Source of the DNA: an uncultured Lentisphaeria bacterium
GTDB lineage: Bacteria > Verrucomicrobiota > Lentisphaeria > JABSQK01 > JAJFLO01
NCBI GenBank assembly: GCA_951812855.1
Contig: OX638337.1
Location: 1,380,001 to 1,412,000, forward strand
Direction of reading: 5' to 3'
Length of the DNA stretch: 32,000 nucleotides
Part shown: positions 1 to 8,262 of the stretch, one piece after another
Layout of the letters: each line of letters opens with the position of its first letter
Position numbering within the stretch: position 1 is the first letter of the stretch
Notes under the pieces: model-generated
What the model saw: the letters and a program-made list of their open reading frames with translations, nothing else
Database searches by the model: none
What the model was told of the DNA's origin: nothing
Made by a program: the position numbers and the translations under genes

Positions 1-1977
1 AGAGCCTTGGAATGCGTAAACTTTGAAGACTTAAACGACCGACAAATCGGACGAGATGAAATCTTGTTTTTGAACTGGGAAAGCATAAACAAAAAAAACA
101 AAAACACGATTGTAAAAGAAAATGAGAATGAATTTTATCTTGGCAAGATTATTGAAAATACAAAAGAAGAAGGACGAGAAGTTGTTTTAGTTATTGACGA
201 AAGCCATCACCACGCCACAAGCGAAATTTCACAAGATTTAATTTCAGATATTGGGCCGCGGCTGACAATTGAAGTTTCTGCTACTCCTGTAATTTCAAAT
301 CCAGACGAGATTGTTTCTGTGCCTTTGGAAGATGTAAAACTGGAAGGAATGATCAAAAAATCAGTTATTCTCAATCCAAACTTTAAAAATATTTTATCCG
401 GCGATAGTCTAAAAACCAAGCTTGCTGACGGAACAGATGCAATGGTGCTGGAAGAAAGTATAAATAAACGAGCAGAAATCGCAAAAGCGTACAAAGAAGC
501 AGGCATTGAGATAAACCCTCTTTTACTTATTCAATTACCCGACCGTAAAACACAAGCAGAAGATCAAGTCAAAAATGATGTTGTGTGGATTTTGAAAGAT
601 AAATACAGAATGACAACGGAAAACGGCAGACTGGCGATCTATTTATCAGGAGAAAAAGAAAATCTTGAGAATATCGCTAAGAATAATCATGAAACCGAAG
701 TTTTGCTTTTTAAGCAGGCAATCGCTTTAGGTTGGGATTGTCCTCGTGCTCAAGTCTTAGTGCTTTTCAGAGACTGGAAAAGTCTCACATTTTCGGTCCA
801 AACAGTTGGGCGAATTATGCGTATGCCCGAGCCCGACACAGGACACTACGCACAGGATATTTTGAATTACGGATTTGTGTTTACAAACCTTGCCGATATT
901 GAAATCAAGGAAGACATGGCAAGAAACTATGTAACGATTTATACCAGCCAAAGAATAGAAAGCTACAAACCGATTAAGTTAGAATCTGTTTATCGCTTGC
1001 GACAACGAGAAAAGACTCGTTTAAGCCCAAAATTTATCAATATCTTTTTAGATGAGGCTAAAAAATACGACCTCGAAAAGAAAATTGAAACCAAAGGGCA
1101 AAAACTAGAACAGTCTTTAATTTCTGATTATAAGGCAGAAGACGTTGATAAATTGGCAAATAAAGAAATCAAGGGCGAAGCCAAAATCAACACCGAAAAT
1201 GAAGCTGATTTACAAAAGCTCTATGACTTTTTTGTAAAAAATAATTTATCGCCTTTTTATCCCGAAGATCGCTCAATCGGCAGACTGAAAGAAGCAATTT
1301 ATTACTTTTTTAGAATGCGTCTTGGTATGGCATATACCAACCGCTTTGCTGAAATCATAAATATTGTATTAAGCCCGAAAAATAGCCGGCATTTCATCAA
1401 TGTCATTGATAGCACCAAAGAAAAATACATTGCCGAAACTCAAAAACGAGAAGCGGAACTACAAAAATCAGCCGACTGGGAATTGCCAGAAATTTTGAAC
1501 TATTGCGGAAACTTCACAGAGTTAAAAACAGAATTATCAGCGATGAAGCCGTTTTATTATGATAACAAATGGAAAACCGAAGAAGCGTTTATCAAATTCC
1601 TTGAAAAATCAGATCAAATTGAATGGTGGTTTAAGAACGGCGACCGAGACGCAACATTTTTTGCCGTGCGCTATGAAGAAAACGGAGAACGGAAGCCGTT
1701 TTATGTAGATTTTATCGCGTGCTTAAAAGACGAACGCATTGGTTTATTTGACACAAAATCAGGCCGTACAATCACAGACGCAAGAGCAAAAGTCGACGGC
1801 TTGCGATCCTACATAAAAGCGAACCATAAAAAGAACCTATTCGGCGGCATCGTCACTAATACAAATTTTCAAAACTTCAAAGCCCGCTGGATGGTATATA
1901 CTGGTGCTGGTGCCGACCTAATTCCAAACCAATGGAAAAATTGGGTACTCGTCGAAGATATTATTGAAAAATCATGA
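1..1977 (+). CDS. Type III restriction-enzyme Res-like SF2 helicase with C-terminal PD-(D/E)xK-like nuclease region; 5' end outside the window
   Basis: The frame is open from base 1, so the TTG at 7 is probably internal. Helicase motif II 'VLVIDESHHH', 'EVSATP', and motif VI-like 'QTVGRIMR'. C-terminal 'PFYVDFI...GLFDTKSG' resembles a D...(D/E)xK nuclease core. Stop TGA at 1975-1977. Confidence 0.7.
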   Translation, partial: RALECVNFEDLNDRQIGRDEILFLNWESINKKNKNTIVKENENEFYLGKIIENTKEEGREVVLVIDESHHHATSEISQDLISDIGPRLTIEVSATPVISNPDEIVSVPLEDVKLEGMIKKSVILNPNFKNILSGDSLKTKLADGTDAMVLEESINKRAEIAKAYKEAGIEINPLLLIQLPDRKTQAEDQVKNDVVWILKDKYRMTTENGRLAIYLSGEKENLENIAKNNHETEVLLFKQAIALGWDCPRAQVLVLFRDWKSLTFSVQTVGRIMRMPEPDTGHYAQDILNYGFVFTNLADIEIKEDMARNYVTIYTSQRIESYKPIKLESVYRLRQREKTRLSPKFINIFLDEAKKYDLEKKIETKGQKLEQSLISDYKAEDVDKLANKEIKGEAKINTENEADLQKLYDFFVKNNLSPFYPEDRSIGRLKEAIYYFFRMRLGMAYTNRFAEIINIVLSPKNSRHFINVIDSTKEKYIAETQKREAELQKSADWELPEILNYCGNFTELKTELSAMKPFYYDNKWKTEEAFIKFLEKSDQIEWWFKNGDRDATFFAVRYEENGERKPFYVDFIACLKDERIGLFDTKSGRTITDARAKVDGLRSYIKANHKKNLFGGIVTNTNFQNFKARWMVYTGAGADLIPNQWKNWVLVEDIIEKS

Positions 1978-2293
1978 AATCAAAAGCATTTAAGAAGGCC
2001 ATTACCAAGGTATTACCAGGTAATGGCAAGCGGGCACAATACTAAAACAAAAAGCCGACTCAACAAGAATTAAAGACCCACTGGAAGTTGATAGAAATAA
2101 AGAAGTCCCAAAATGGGGATTAAAGTATATAATTCCCTAAAATTTTAAGTGAGTCTGAATGAATTCTGTAAATATCTCCCAGATTCTACCTGGTAAACAG
2201 TGATGTTTTTGTATTATCCATGATTAGATAACATACTTTGATTCCAGCATGTTAAGAGTATTACATTTGTTTCATTTATCTCGTATTTAGTAT

Positions 2294-3706
2294 TTACTCC
2301 TTCACGTTGATTAAAACATCAAGAATATCACCTGTCTTTTCCAAAAGAGCCCATGCATTGCGTTGATTCATGTTTCCATTGTTGATAAATGAAAATGAGT
2401 ATTTAGGTTTATTGTGTTCCAGAAGATAGCCGGATAAGGCAGTAACTCCGTTTAATGTGCCAGTTTTTCCAATGAGTAAACCCTTAACCTTTCTCTTCAA
2501 AAACCTCTTTTTCAAAGTCCCTGATTTCCCTGCAATCGGAAGACAGCGGATGAATGAATCTTTTTGTGGTTGTTCAGTCATTAAATTTAATATTTTGACT
2601 AGTTGCAACGGTGTTATTTGATTGTTTCGACTTAATCCGGAACCATCAACGGCGGAGATGTTTCCAATCGTCGGGGCAAATTCTGATAATATAGATGTAA
2701 CCGCCTTGCTTGCAGTATCATAGTTCGCCTTTCCTGAAAGGATATAGCCCAGGTTTAGAAAGATAATTTCTGCTCTCAAATTATCACTGTATAACCCGGT
2801 ATATTCGGCGAGTTCACCCAGCGATAATGAGTTTAATTCAAATATGTTATATTTCACTCTTTGTTTCGATGCTGTTTTTTGAGGGTGGCAGTGAACCGGG
2901 ATCCCGTTTGTTTCAAACTGATGTTTGATTTGTTTGTAATAAAATAATAATGCGGGCGATTGTTCAATACGCCAATAGTCGTTACTCGTCATCTTTTTAT
3001 TAATAAGAATTATGTCCTGATATTGATTTTTGTCGCCTCGCTTTTGTTTCCTCTTTCCTTTATATTCTATGATACGGAATCCAATTGCCGGATTAGGACA
3101 GGTCGATATCGATTGATTATGTACACCAATGTCCACAGTGTTTTCATTGAACAGGACCGGTGCTGCAGCCGGATAGTGATGATTTTTACTCATATTGGTC
3201 CATTCACTCCAGTCAATTATGATATTACCACCAATCTCCCGAATACCCGCATTATGTAATTTTCTAACAAATTTTTTGATCTGCCGGGTTAATTTGAAAT
3301 TTCTTTCCTCAATACTTAAATCATGAGGATAGCGTCCAGTAAAATAAATGGCCCCGAATCCTTTTATGATTAAATTGCCTTGCAATATACCATTAATGAC
3401 AGGACCATCGGCAACAAATTGAGTATTACTGCGATAAAATTTTCCCAATTTGAGTAACGCAGCTGCCAGGGTGACTATTTTTTGGTTGGAGGCGGGAATA
3501 TACGGTTTATCCTGATTAAATGAATAGATTATTTCTCTTGTAGGAATATGACTTATACTGCAGCCCCAGCTGCCTTTCGATGCGGATTGCGAGGAAAATA
3601 ATCGGTCCAGTTTCGCCTTTATACGCTGATCGGGTTTTGCGTATACTGAAAATTGGGCGACACCGATTAACACTAAGAAAAATCGACTCAAAAACTCATT
3701 TGGCAT
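2294..3706 (-). CDS. dacB: D-alanyl-D-alanine carboxypeptidase/endopeptidase, PBP4 family (peptidase S13)
   Basis: 470 aa with an N-terminal signal-like hydrophobic stretch. SxxK 'ASNQK', 'DGSGLSRNN' (SxN region) and 'GKTGTL' (KTG) motifs occur in the order expected for PBP4. Confidence 0.85.
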   Translation of the reverse strand: MPNEFLSRFFLVLIGVAQFSVYAKPDQRIKAKLDRLFSSQSASKGSWGCSISHIPTREIIYSFNQDKPYIPASNQKIVTLAAALLKLGKFYRSNTQFVADGPVINGILQGNLIIKGFGAIYFTGRYPHDLSIEERNFKLTRQIKKFVRKLHNAGIREIGGNIIIDWSEWTNMSKNHHYPAAAPVLFNENTVDIGVHNQSISTCPNPAIGFRIIEYKGKRKQKRGDKNQYQDIILINKKMTSNDYWRIEQSPALLFYYKQIKHQFETNGIPVHCHPQKTASKQRVKYNIFELNSLSLGELAEYTGLYSDNLRAEIIFLNLGYILSGKANYDTASKAVTSILSEFAPTIGNISAVDGSGLSRNNQITPLQLVKILNLMTEQPQKDSFIRCLPIAGKSGTLKKRFLKRKVKGLLIGKTGTLNGVTALSGYLLEHNKPKYSFSFINNGNMNQRNAWALLEKTGDILDVLINVKE

Positions 3707-3727
3707 TATTATAAGGGGAGTTAGCTC

Positions 3728-4663
3728 CTAATCGACAATTTCAACGGGAGTATTGAGTGGAACTATATCGAATAATTCATTGACATTTTCATTTACCATT
3801 CGGACACAGCCCTGGCTCGCTGCGGTCCCAATTGATTGGGGTTGCCAAGTGCCATGAATTCCGTAACCTCTTAAAGTCTTTGGTGTATCATCTGTTGGAA
3901 GAAAACTCATCCAGCGCGTCCCGAGTACGTTTTCCGGATCTCCAAATTTAACAACCTTTCCTGGACGCCACCAATCCGGTTCAAAGTCTTTGAGATCAAT
4001 TTGAAATGTTCCTGTCGGTGTACGATCTTGCCTGCCGATTCCTATTCGATATGTTTTGACAATTTTATCTCGATTTTTTACCAAAAGTAAAAACTTACTT
4101 TTGATGACCTTTATATTCCATTCAGCAAAAAATATTCTGAATGTCTGATCAGGATAAATCATTGGATTGGTTTCATCCAGACCATTACTTTTCTGGATCA
4201 TAGCAACGGTTGCATTAAATTGTTGTGCAATTTTTACTAAACTGTCGCCTCGCTTTATCAGGTATGTTTGTTTTTCAGGGCAGGGTGCGTCTGTAAAAAT
4301 GAAAATGGTGTTAATTTTACTTAACAGATCTGCTGCCATCATCCAATATTTATTATAAAGTTCCAAATTGGGATCTATTAAAATATTTTCAGTAATTTTT
4401 CGAGAATTGATTAAATCTTCTTTTTCAAAAAGGTCGACGGCTTTTTGCAGTTTTTCTTTGAATCGGGGGGGTGGATCATTTCGATTTTTAACCGGTTTTG
4501 CAGGCTTTTTCTGCGTAGATAATTGGGATGTTGATTCGGTTGCTGCTTTAGGTTTATTTGCTAAAAAAGATAGATTTTTAATTTGAGTCCGAAAGTTATA
4601 CAGGAAACTGCCGGCAACGGAAGCTGTGATTAGGAAAATTATCAACTTAGTGTGCCAATACAT
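3728..4663 (-). CDS. L,D-transpeptidase with LysM domain (YkuD family)
   Basis: N-terminal TM helix. LysM-like 'YLIKRGDSLVKIAQQFNATVAMIQKSNGL'. YkuD catalytic region 'GIHGT...GTAASQGCVRM'. The stop lies 21 nt before the dacB-like start, so the two are probably co-transcribed. Confidence 0.85.
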   Translation of the reverse strand: MYWHTKLIIFLITASVAGSFLYNFRTQIKNLSFLANKPKAATESTSQLSTQKKPAKPVKNRNDPPPRFKEKLQKAVDLFEKEDLINSRKITENILIDPNLELYNKYWMMAADLLSKINTIFIFTDAPCPEKQTYLIKRGDSLVKIAQQFNATVAMIQKSNGLDETNPMIYPDQTFRIFFAEWNIKVIKSKFLLLVKNRDKIVKTYRIGIGRQDRTPTGTFQIDLKDFEPDWWRPGKVVKFGDPENVLGTRWMSFLPTDDTPKTLRGYGIHGTWQPQSIGTAASQGCVRMVNENVNELFDIVPLNTPVEIVD

Positions 4664-4718
4664 TATTTAGAGGTCCTCAAATTGTAAGATTATAATTCGC
4701 AAAAAAATGGTTAATAAA

Positions 4719-4735
4719 TGTGAACATTGTTCACA
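4719..4735. promoter_or_regulatory. Perfect 17-bp palindrome TGTGAACATTGTTCACA upstream of the L,D-transpeptidase/dacB pair (candidate operator)
   Basis: Read directly: 8-1-8 perfect inverted repeat, 56-72 nt upstream of the ATG at 4663. A 1-nt loop makes an RNA hairpin unlikely, so a dimeric DNA-binding site is more plausible. Confidence 0.3.
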
Positions 4736-4778
4736 AAATAAAAAATATCAACAATAGCAAATTAATTAAATATATTTT

Positions 4779-5405
4779 TTAATTTAAGTGCCATTTTAAA
4801 CAGCAGTTTTCACATTGAGATGACGTTTTGCAAAATGTCTTTCCCAGTGCAACGATCAGTGCGTGAAATTCCCGGTGCACAGCCAGATCATGAGGGAGAT
4901 GATTTTCAAAGAAATATTTGATTTCAGTATAGCTGGCTTTTTCATGAACTACATTGTGCCGGACTAAAAAACGCCTGGTGTAAGCATCGACAACAAAGGT
5001 CGGATAGTCAAATGCATATAATAAAATGCTGTCGGCTGTTTCTTCACCTATACCTTTAACCTTTAATAGATCTTCTCTTATATGATTCAATTCCCATTGT
5101 TGAGCAAGGGCAATTTCTGCGTTTTTATGCCACCAATCTGCCATGTATTTCAATCGATCTGCTTTTAGATTGAAATATCCGCTGGGTCGAATTAATTCTG
5201 CCAGTTTTTCTGAATCAATACTAATTATTTTCTGTGCATCAATTAATTTATTTTTTTTTAGGTTATTAATCGCTTTTTCGACGTTGTTCCAATTTGTATT
5301 TTGCGTTAGAACCGCACCAATTGCAATTTCAAATGGAGAATCACCCGGCCACCAATTTTGATGGCCGAAATGTACGAGTAATGCGTCATAAAATTTTTGC
5401 AGCAT
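4779..5405 (-). CDS. Endonuclease III-related HhH-GPD DNA glycosylase family protein
   Basis: 'WWPGDSPFEIAIGAVLTQNTNWNNVEKAI', HhH 'KGIGEETADSILLYAF', and a C-terminal Cys cluster 'CKTSSQCENCCL'. The ATG at 5405 ('MLQKFYDAL...') fits family N-termini better than the upstream GTG at 5447 used in the ORF track. Confidence 0.8.
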   Translation of the reverse strand: MLQKFYDALLVHFGHQNWWPGDSPFEIAIGAVLTQNTNWNNVEKAINNLKKNKLIDAQKIISIDSEKLAELIRPSGYFNLKADRLKYMADWWHKNAEIALAQQWELNHIREDLLKVKGIGEETADSILLYAFDYPTFVVDAYTRRFLVRHNVVHEKASYTEIKYFFENHLPHDLAVHREFHALIVALGKTFCKTSSQCENCCLKWHLN

Positions 5406-5487
5406 AATTGTAGAATTGTTCACATTTAATTTCTGATTTGTTACCACTTACTACTTAATTAATTATCGCAATTCACTGTAAATTCCT

Positions 5488-6267
5488 TCAGACATGCTCG
5501 TGATTTTTTATATGTTTCAGGCAATATTCCTGTCCATTGCTGCATTTTGAACACACTCTGAATTCTAAATCACCATCGTTTTTTTCGGTCGTGTGACAAA
5601 CATTGCATTCATGTATAGATTGTTGATTTTTTTTCTCCACTTTTTTTTCGAATTCCCGTTTTCGGGCGTGGTCTTTAATCGAGTAAATTAAATCCTGACC
5701 AAAAAACACGAAAAAATTCACAGTGGAGGCAATGATCATAATCCGTTGAGATGTCGGTCCTGATAAAAACTGAACTCCATATATAAACCAGGTGAAACAG
5801 GCAAGGTATTTTACCTTTACGGGTAGAATAAAAAATAATAAAAATTCGAATTCAGGAAAAAGAAATGCAAAAGCAAGAAATACCGAACTTTGGATGTAGA
5901 CATTGTCAGCGGTAGGAACGGGACCTGAAAATACACTGACTATGGTCAGAGAATATGCAATGAATAAATACAAATTATACTTAAAGACAGTCCATTCCTG
6001 TTCTAATGCTGTGCCCATTAGATAGAATATATACACGGCAAAAAACGCAAAAATTGGATTCGTCGCCGGCGGTACAATCATAAACGTTATTAATCGCCAT
6101 ACCTGACCCTGCTTTACTGATTCAGGAGTCAATACCAGAGCGTCTGTAAATGATGGTGCTTTTAGGCTGAGTAAAAAACATAATGCCTGACTTGCGACCA
6201 GAATTAATGTCAGGTTATGAATTGCAAGTCCACCGAATTTTTTTTCTAATTTGTCGATTTTGTTCAT
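5488..6267 (-). CDS. Polytopic membrane protein, rhomboid-like, with C-terminal Cys/His zinc-ribbon-like tail
   Basis: Multiple hydrophobic helices. Contains the rhomboid-style 'GQVWRLITFMIVPP', but I could not find a GxSG catalytic serine motif. C-terminus is 'CNVCHTTEKNDGDLEFRVCSKCSNGQEYCLKHIKNHEH'. Confidence 0.5.
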   Translation of the reverse strand: MNKIDKLEKKFGGLAIHNLTLILVASQALCFLLSLKAPSFTDALVLTPESVKQGQVWRLITFMIVPPATNPIFAFFAVYIFYLMGTALEQEWTVFKYNLYLFIAYSLTIVSVFSGPVPTADNVYIQSSVFLAFAFLFPEFEFLLFFILPVKVKYLACFTWFIYGVQFLSGPTSQRIMIIASTVNFFVFFGQDLIYSIKDHARKREFEKKVEKKNQQSIHECNVCHTTEKNDGDLEFRVCSKCSNGQEYCLKHIKNHEHV

Positions 6268-6547
6268 ACTGATTTGTCAGGTTTACGACTTAGAACATTG
6301 TAGTTAAATACAAAAACTGAATGAAATCAAGCCGGTATGACGGCATTGTAACTGAATCATCCTTGAATAACAGATTTTATTTTCCAGCCGCATATTGAAA
6401 ATGCAGTTCAAATTAATATGGTGATAACCATGCAGGCCTGCCGGGAGCATGTCCTTTTAAAAACAACTATATGAATTTATCAATCAGATTTTTATTCATT
6501 GTCGACCACCGTTAATCGCTAACTTTAAAACTGAAAGAACAAATCTA

Positions 6548-7369
6548 ATGAATTTTAAACTCACGAGACCTATCGTGTTTTTTGATTTAGAAACAACAGG
6601 AATAAACGTCTCTCGTGACCGTATTGTAGAAATAAGTGTCGTAAAAATATTTCCTGATTATTCAGAAAAAACGAAAAAACGATTGATCAACCCTGGTATT
6701 CCGATTCCCGGAGAAACGACGGAAATTCATGGGATTAGTGATGAGGATGTCAAGGATGCACCGACATTCAGGCAGGTCGCTAAAAGCTTTTTCGAGTTTC
6801 TTGAAAATTGTGATTTGGGTGGGTTTAACATCATTAAATTTGATGTTCCATTGCTGATTGCTGAATTTAAGCGATGTGATTTAAGTTTTTCCACTAAGGA
6901 TAAACAGTTGGTTGATGTACAGAAAATTTATCATAAAAAAGAACCCAGAACATTGGCTGCGGCATTAAAATTTTACTGCAATGAGAAACATGAAAATGCC
7001 CACGGCGCTGAAGAAGATGCCAGGGCAACGATAAGAGTTCTTAATGCTCAATTAGAAAAGTACGATGATATGCCTTCCACAGTGGTCGAATTGGCTGAGT
7101 ACTCAAATCCAAAGGATCCGTCATTTATCGATATGATGGGTAAATTACGATGGCGAAATGATGAGGTTGTTATTGGTTTTGGACACAAATCAGGGATGTC
7201 TCTACGCGAATTGGCTGATAAAGAACCCAATTATTTACAGTGGATATTACGGGGCGATTTTTCTGAAGATATCAAAATCATTGTAAAAAATGCGATACAG
7301 GGAGAGTTTTTGCAAAAAAGCAAACAAAGTGACAAAAATCAGGTAGAAAATTCTCACTCTGTGTTTTAA
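6548..7369 (+). CDS. DEDDh 3'-5' exonuclease (DnaQ/epsilon-like) with C-terminal extension
   Basis: Exo I 'VFFDLETTG', Exo II-like 'GFNIIKFDVPLL', Exo III 'HGAEEDARAT'. Confidence 0.8.
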   Translation: MNFKLTRPIVFFDLETTGINVSRDRIVEISVVKIFPDYSEKTKKRLINPGIPIPGETTEIHGISDEDVKDAPTFRQVAKSFFEFLENCDLGGFNIIKFDVPLLIAEFKRCDLSFSTKDKQLVDVQKIYHKKEPRTLAAALKFYCNEKHENAHGAEEDARATIRVLNAQLEKYDDMPSTVVELAEYSNPKDPSFIDMMGKLRWRNDEVVIGFGHKSGMSLRELADKEPNYLQWILRGDFSEDIKIIVKNAIQGEFLQKSKQSDKNQVENSHSVF

Positions 7370-7407
7370 GTTCACAGAGGCTCAAATTCTATTCAATGAA
7401 TTAATCT

Positions 7408-7482
7408 GCGGGCGTAGCTCAGTGGTAGAGCATCACCTTGCCAAGGTGAATGTCGAGGGTTCGAATCTCTTCGCCCGCTCCA
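7408..7482 (+). tRNA. tRNA-Gly (anticodon GCC), CCA encoded
   Basis: The cloverleaf folds by hand. Acceptor GCGGGCG/CGCCCGC; D arm GCTC-AGTGGTA-GAGC; anticodon arm TCACC-TTGCCAA-GGTGA; T arm GAGGG-TTCGAAT-CTCTT (two G-U pairs); discriminator T plus CCA. Confidence 0.95.
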
Positions 7483-7789
7483 TTTTCTCTTTCCTGCATC
7501 CGATTGTGGTGTTAAATCCCTTGGTTTCAACATAGTATTTCGTGATTAATTATTTTATAGAAAACAAAATGATTTTTTTTTGTAAGAGACTGGGCTGATT
7601 TTCCTCGATAATCAGAGTGAATTTAGCGACAATTAGAGAAATAACGATAAGACAATTATTCCGCCAAAAAGAGCGATGTGTTTTTTATTGTCATTATGCA
7701 ATTGAGATTGATTGAAACGTAGTGAATTTAATCCTATCTTGCTTAGTTTCCCGATGTTTACCGTCAAGTCTAATATTTTTTAAGCGGAT

Positions 7790-7877
7790 TCATACCCTGC
7801 TGGTTGATGCCTTCTAGACTCCCGCACTGCGGGCTGTCTTGCTGTGCTCGGCTGCGGCAGGGTTATTGATCTAATAA
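7790..7877 (+). repeat. GC-rich hairpin element, copy A (TCATACCCTGC ... GCAGGG-TTATTGATCTAAT)
   Basis: GC-rich patch in AT-rich spacer, ending 14 nt before the rhodanese ATG. Its 5' and 3' flanking motifs recur at 27170-27218, where the stem is CCCCGC/GCGGGG instead of CCCTGC/GCAGGG. Its 3' end resembles 26033-26076. Confidence 0.4.
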
Positions 7878-7890
7878 CGGATTCTAAAAA

Positions 7891-8226
7891 ATGAGTGAAA
7901 ACCAAAATACAATCTTACCGGGAGAATTAAAGAATTTAATGGATGACGGAGATATTGATCTGCTTTTAGACGTTCGGAGCACTGAAGAATTTGAATTGGC
8001 TAAAATCGAAGGATCAATTTTGATTCCTTTAAATGAGCTTGACGGGCGGTTCGATGAAATTGGGGGTTTTAAAGAAAAGCTTATTATTACGATTTGTCAT
8101 CATGGCGTGAGAAGCCGGATGGCTGCTGAAAGTTTAACTCAGGCTGGTTTTGAAAATGTAAAAAGTTTGACGGGTGGTATTGATGCCTGGGCGGTTGAAA
8201 TTGATTCTTCAGTGCTGAGATATTAG
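7891..8226 (+). CDS. Single-domain rhodanese-like sulfurtransferase
   Basis: 111 aa. Active-site loop 'CHHGVRS' and C-terminal 'GGIDAW'. Confidence 0.85.
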   Translation: MSENQNTILPGELKNLMDDGDIDLLLDVRSTEEFELAKIEGSILIPLNELDGRFDEIGGFKEKLIITICHHGVRSRMAAESLTQAGFENVKSLTGGIDAWAVEIDSSVLRY

Positions 8227-8262
8227 TTAAGATTTTCGTGCCGGCAGGACATTGGCCTAAGC

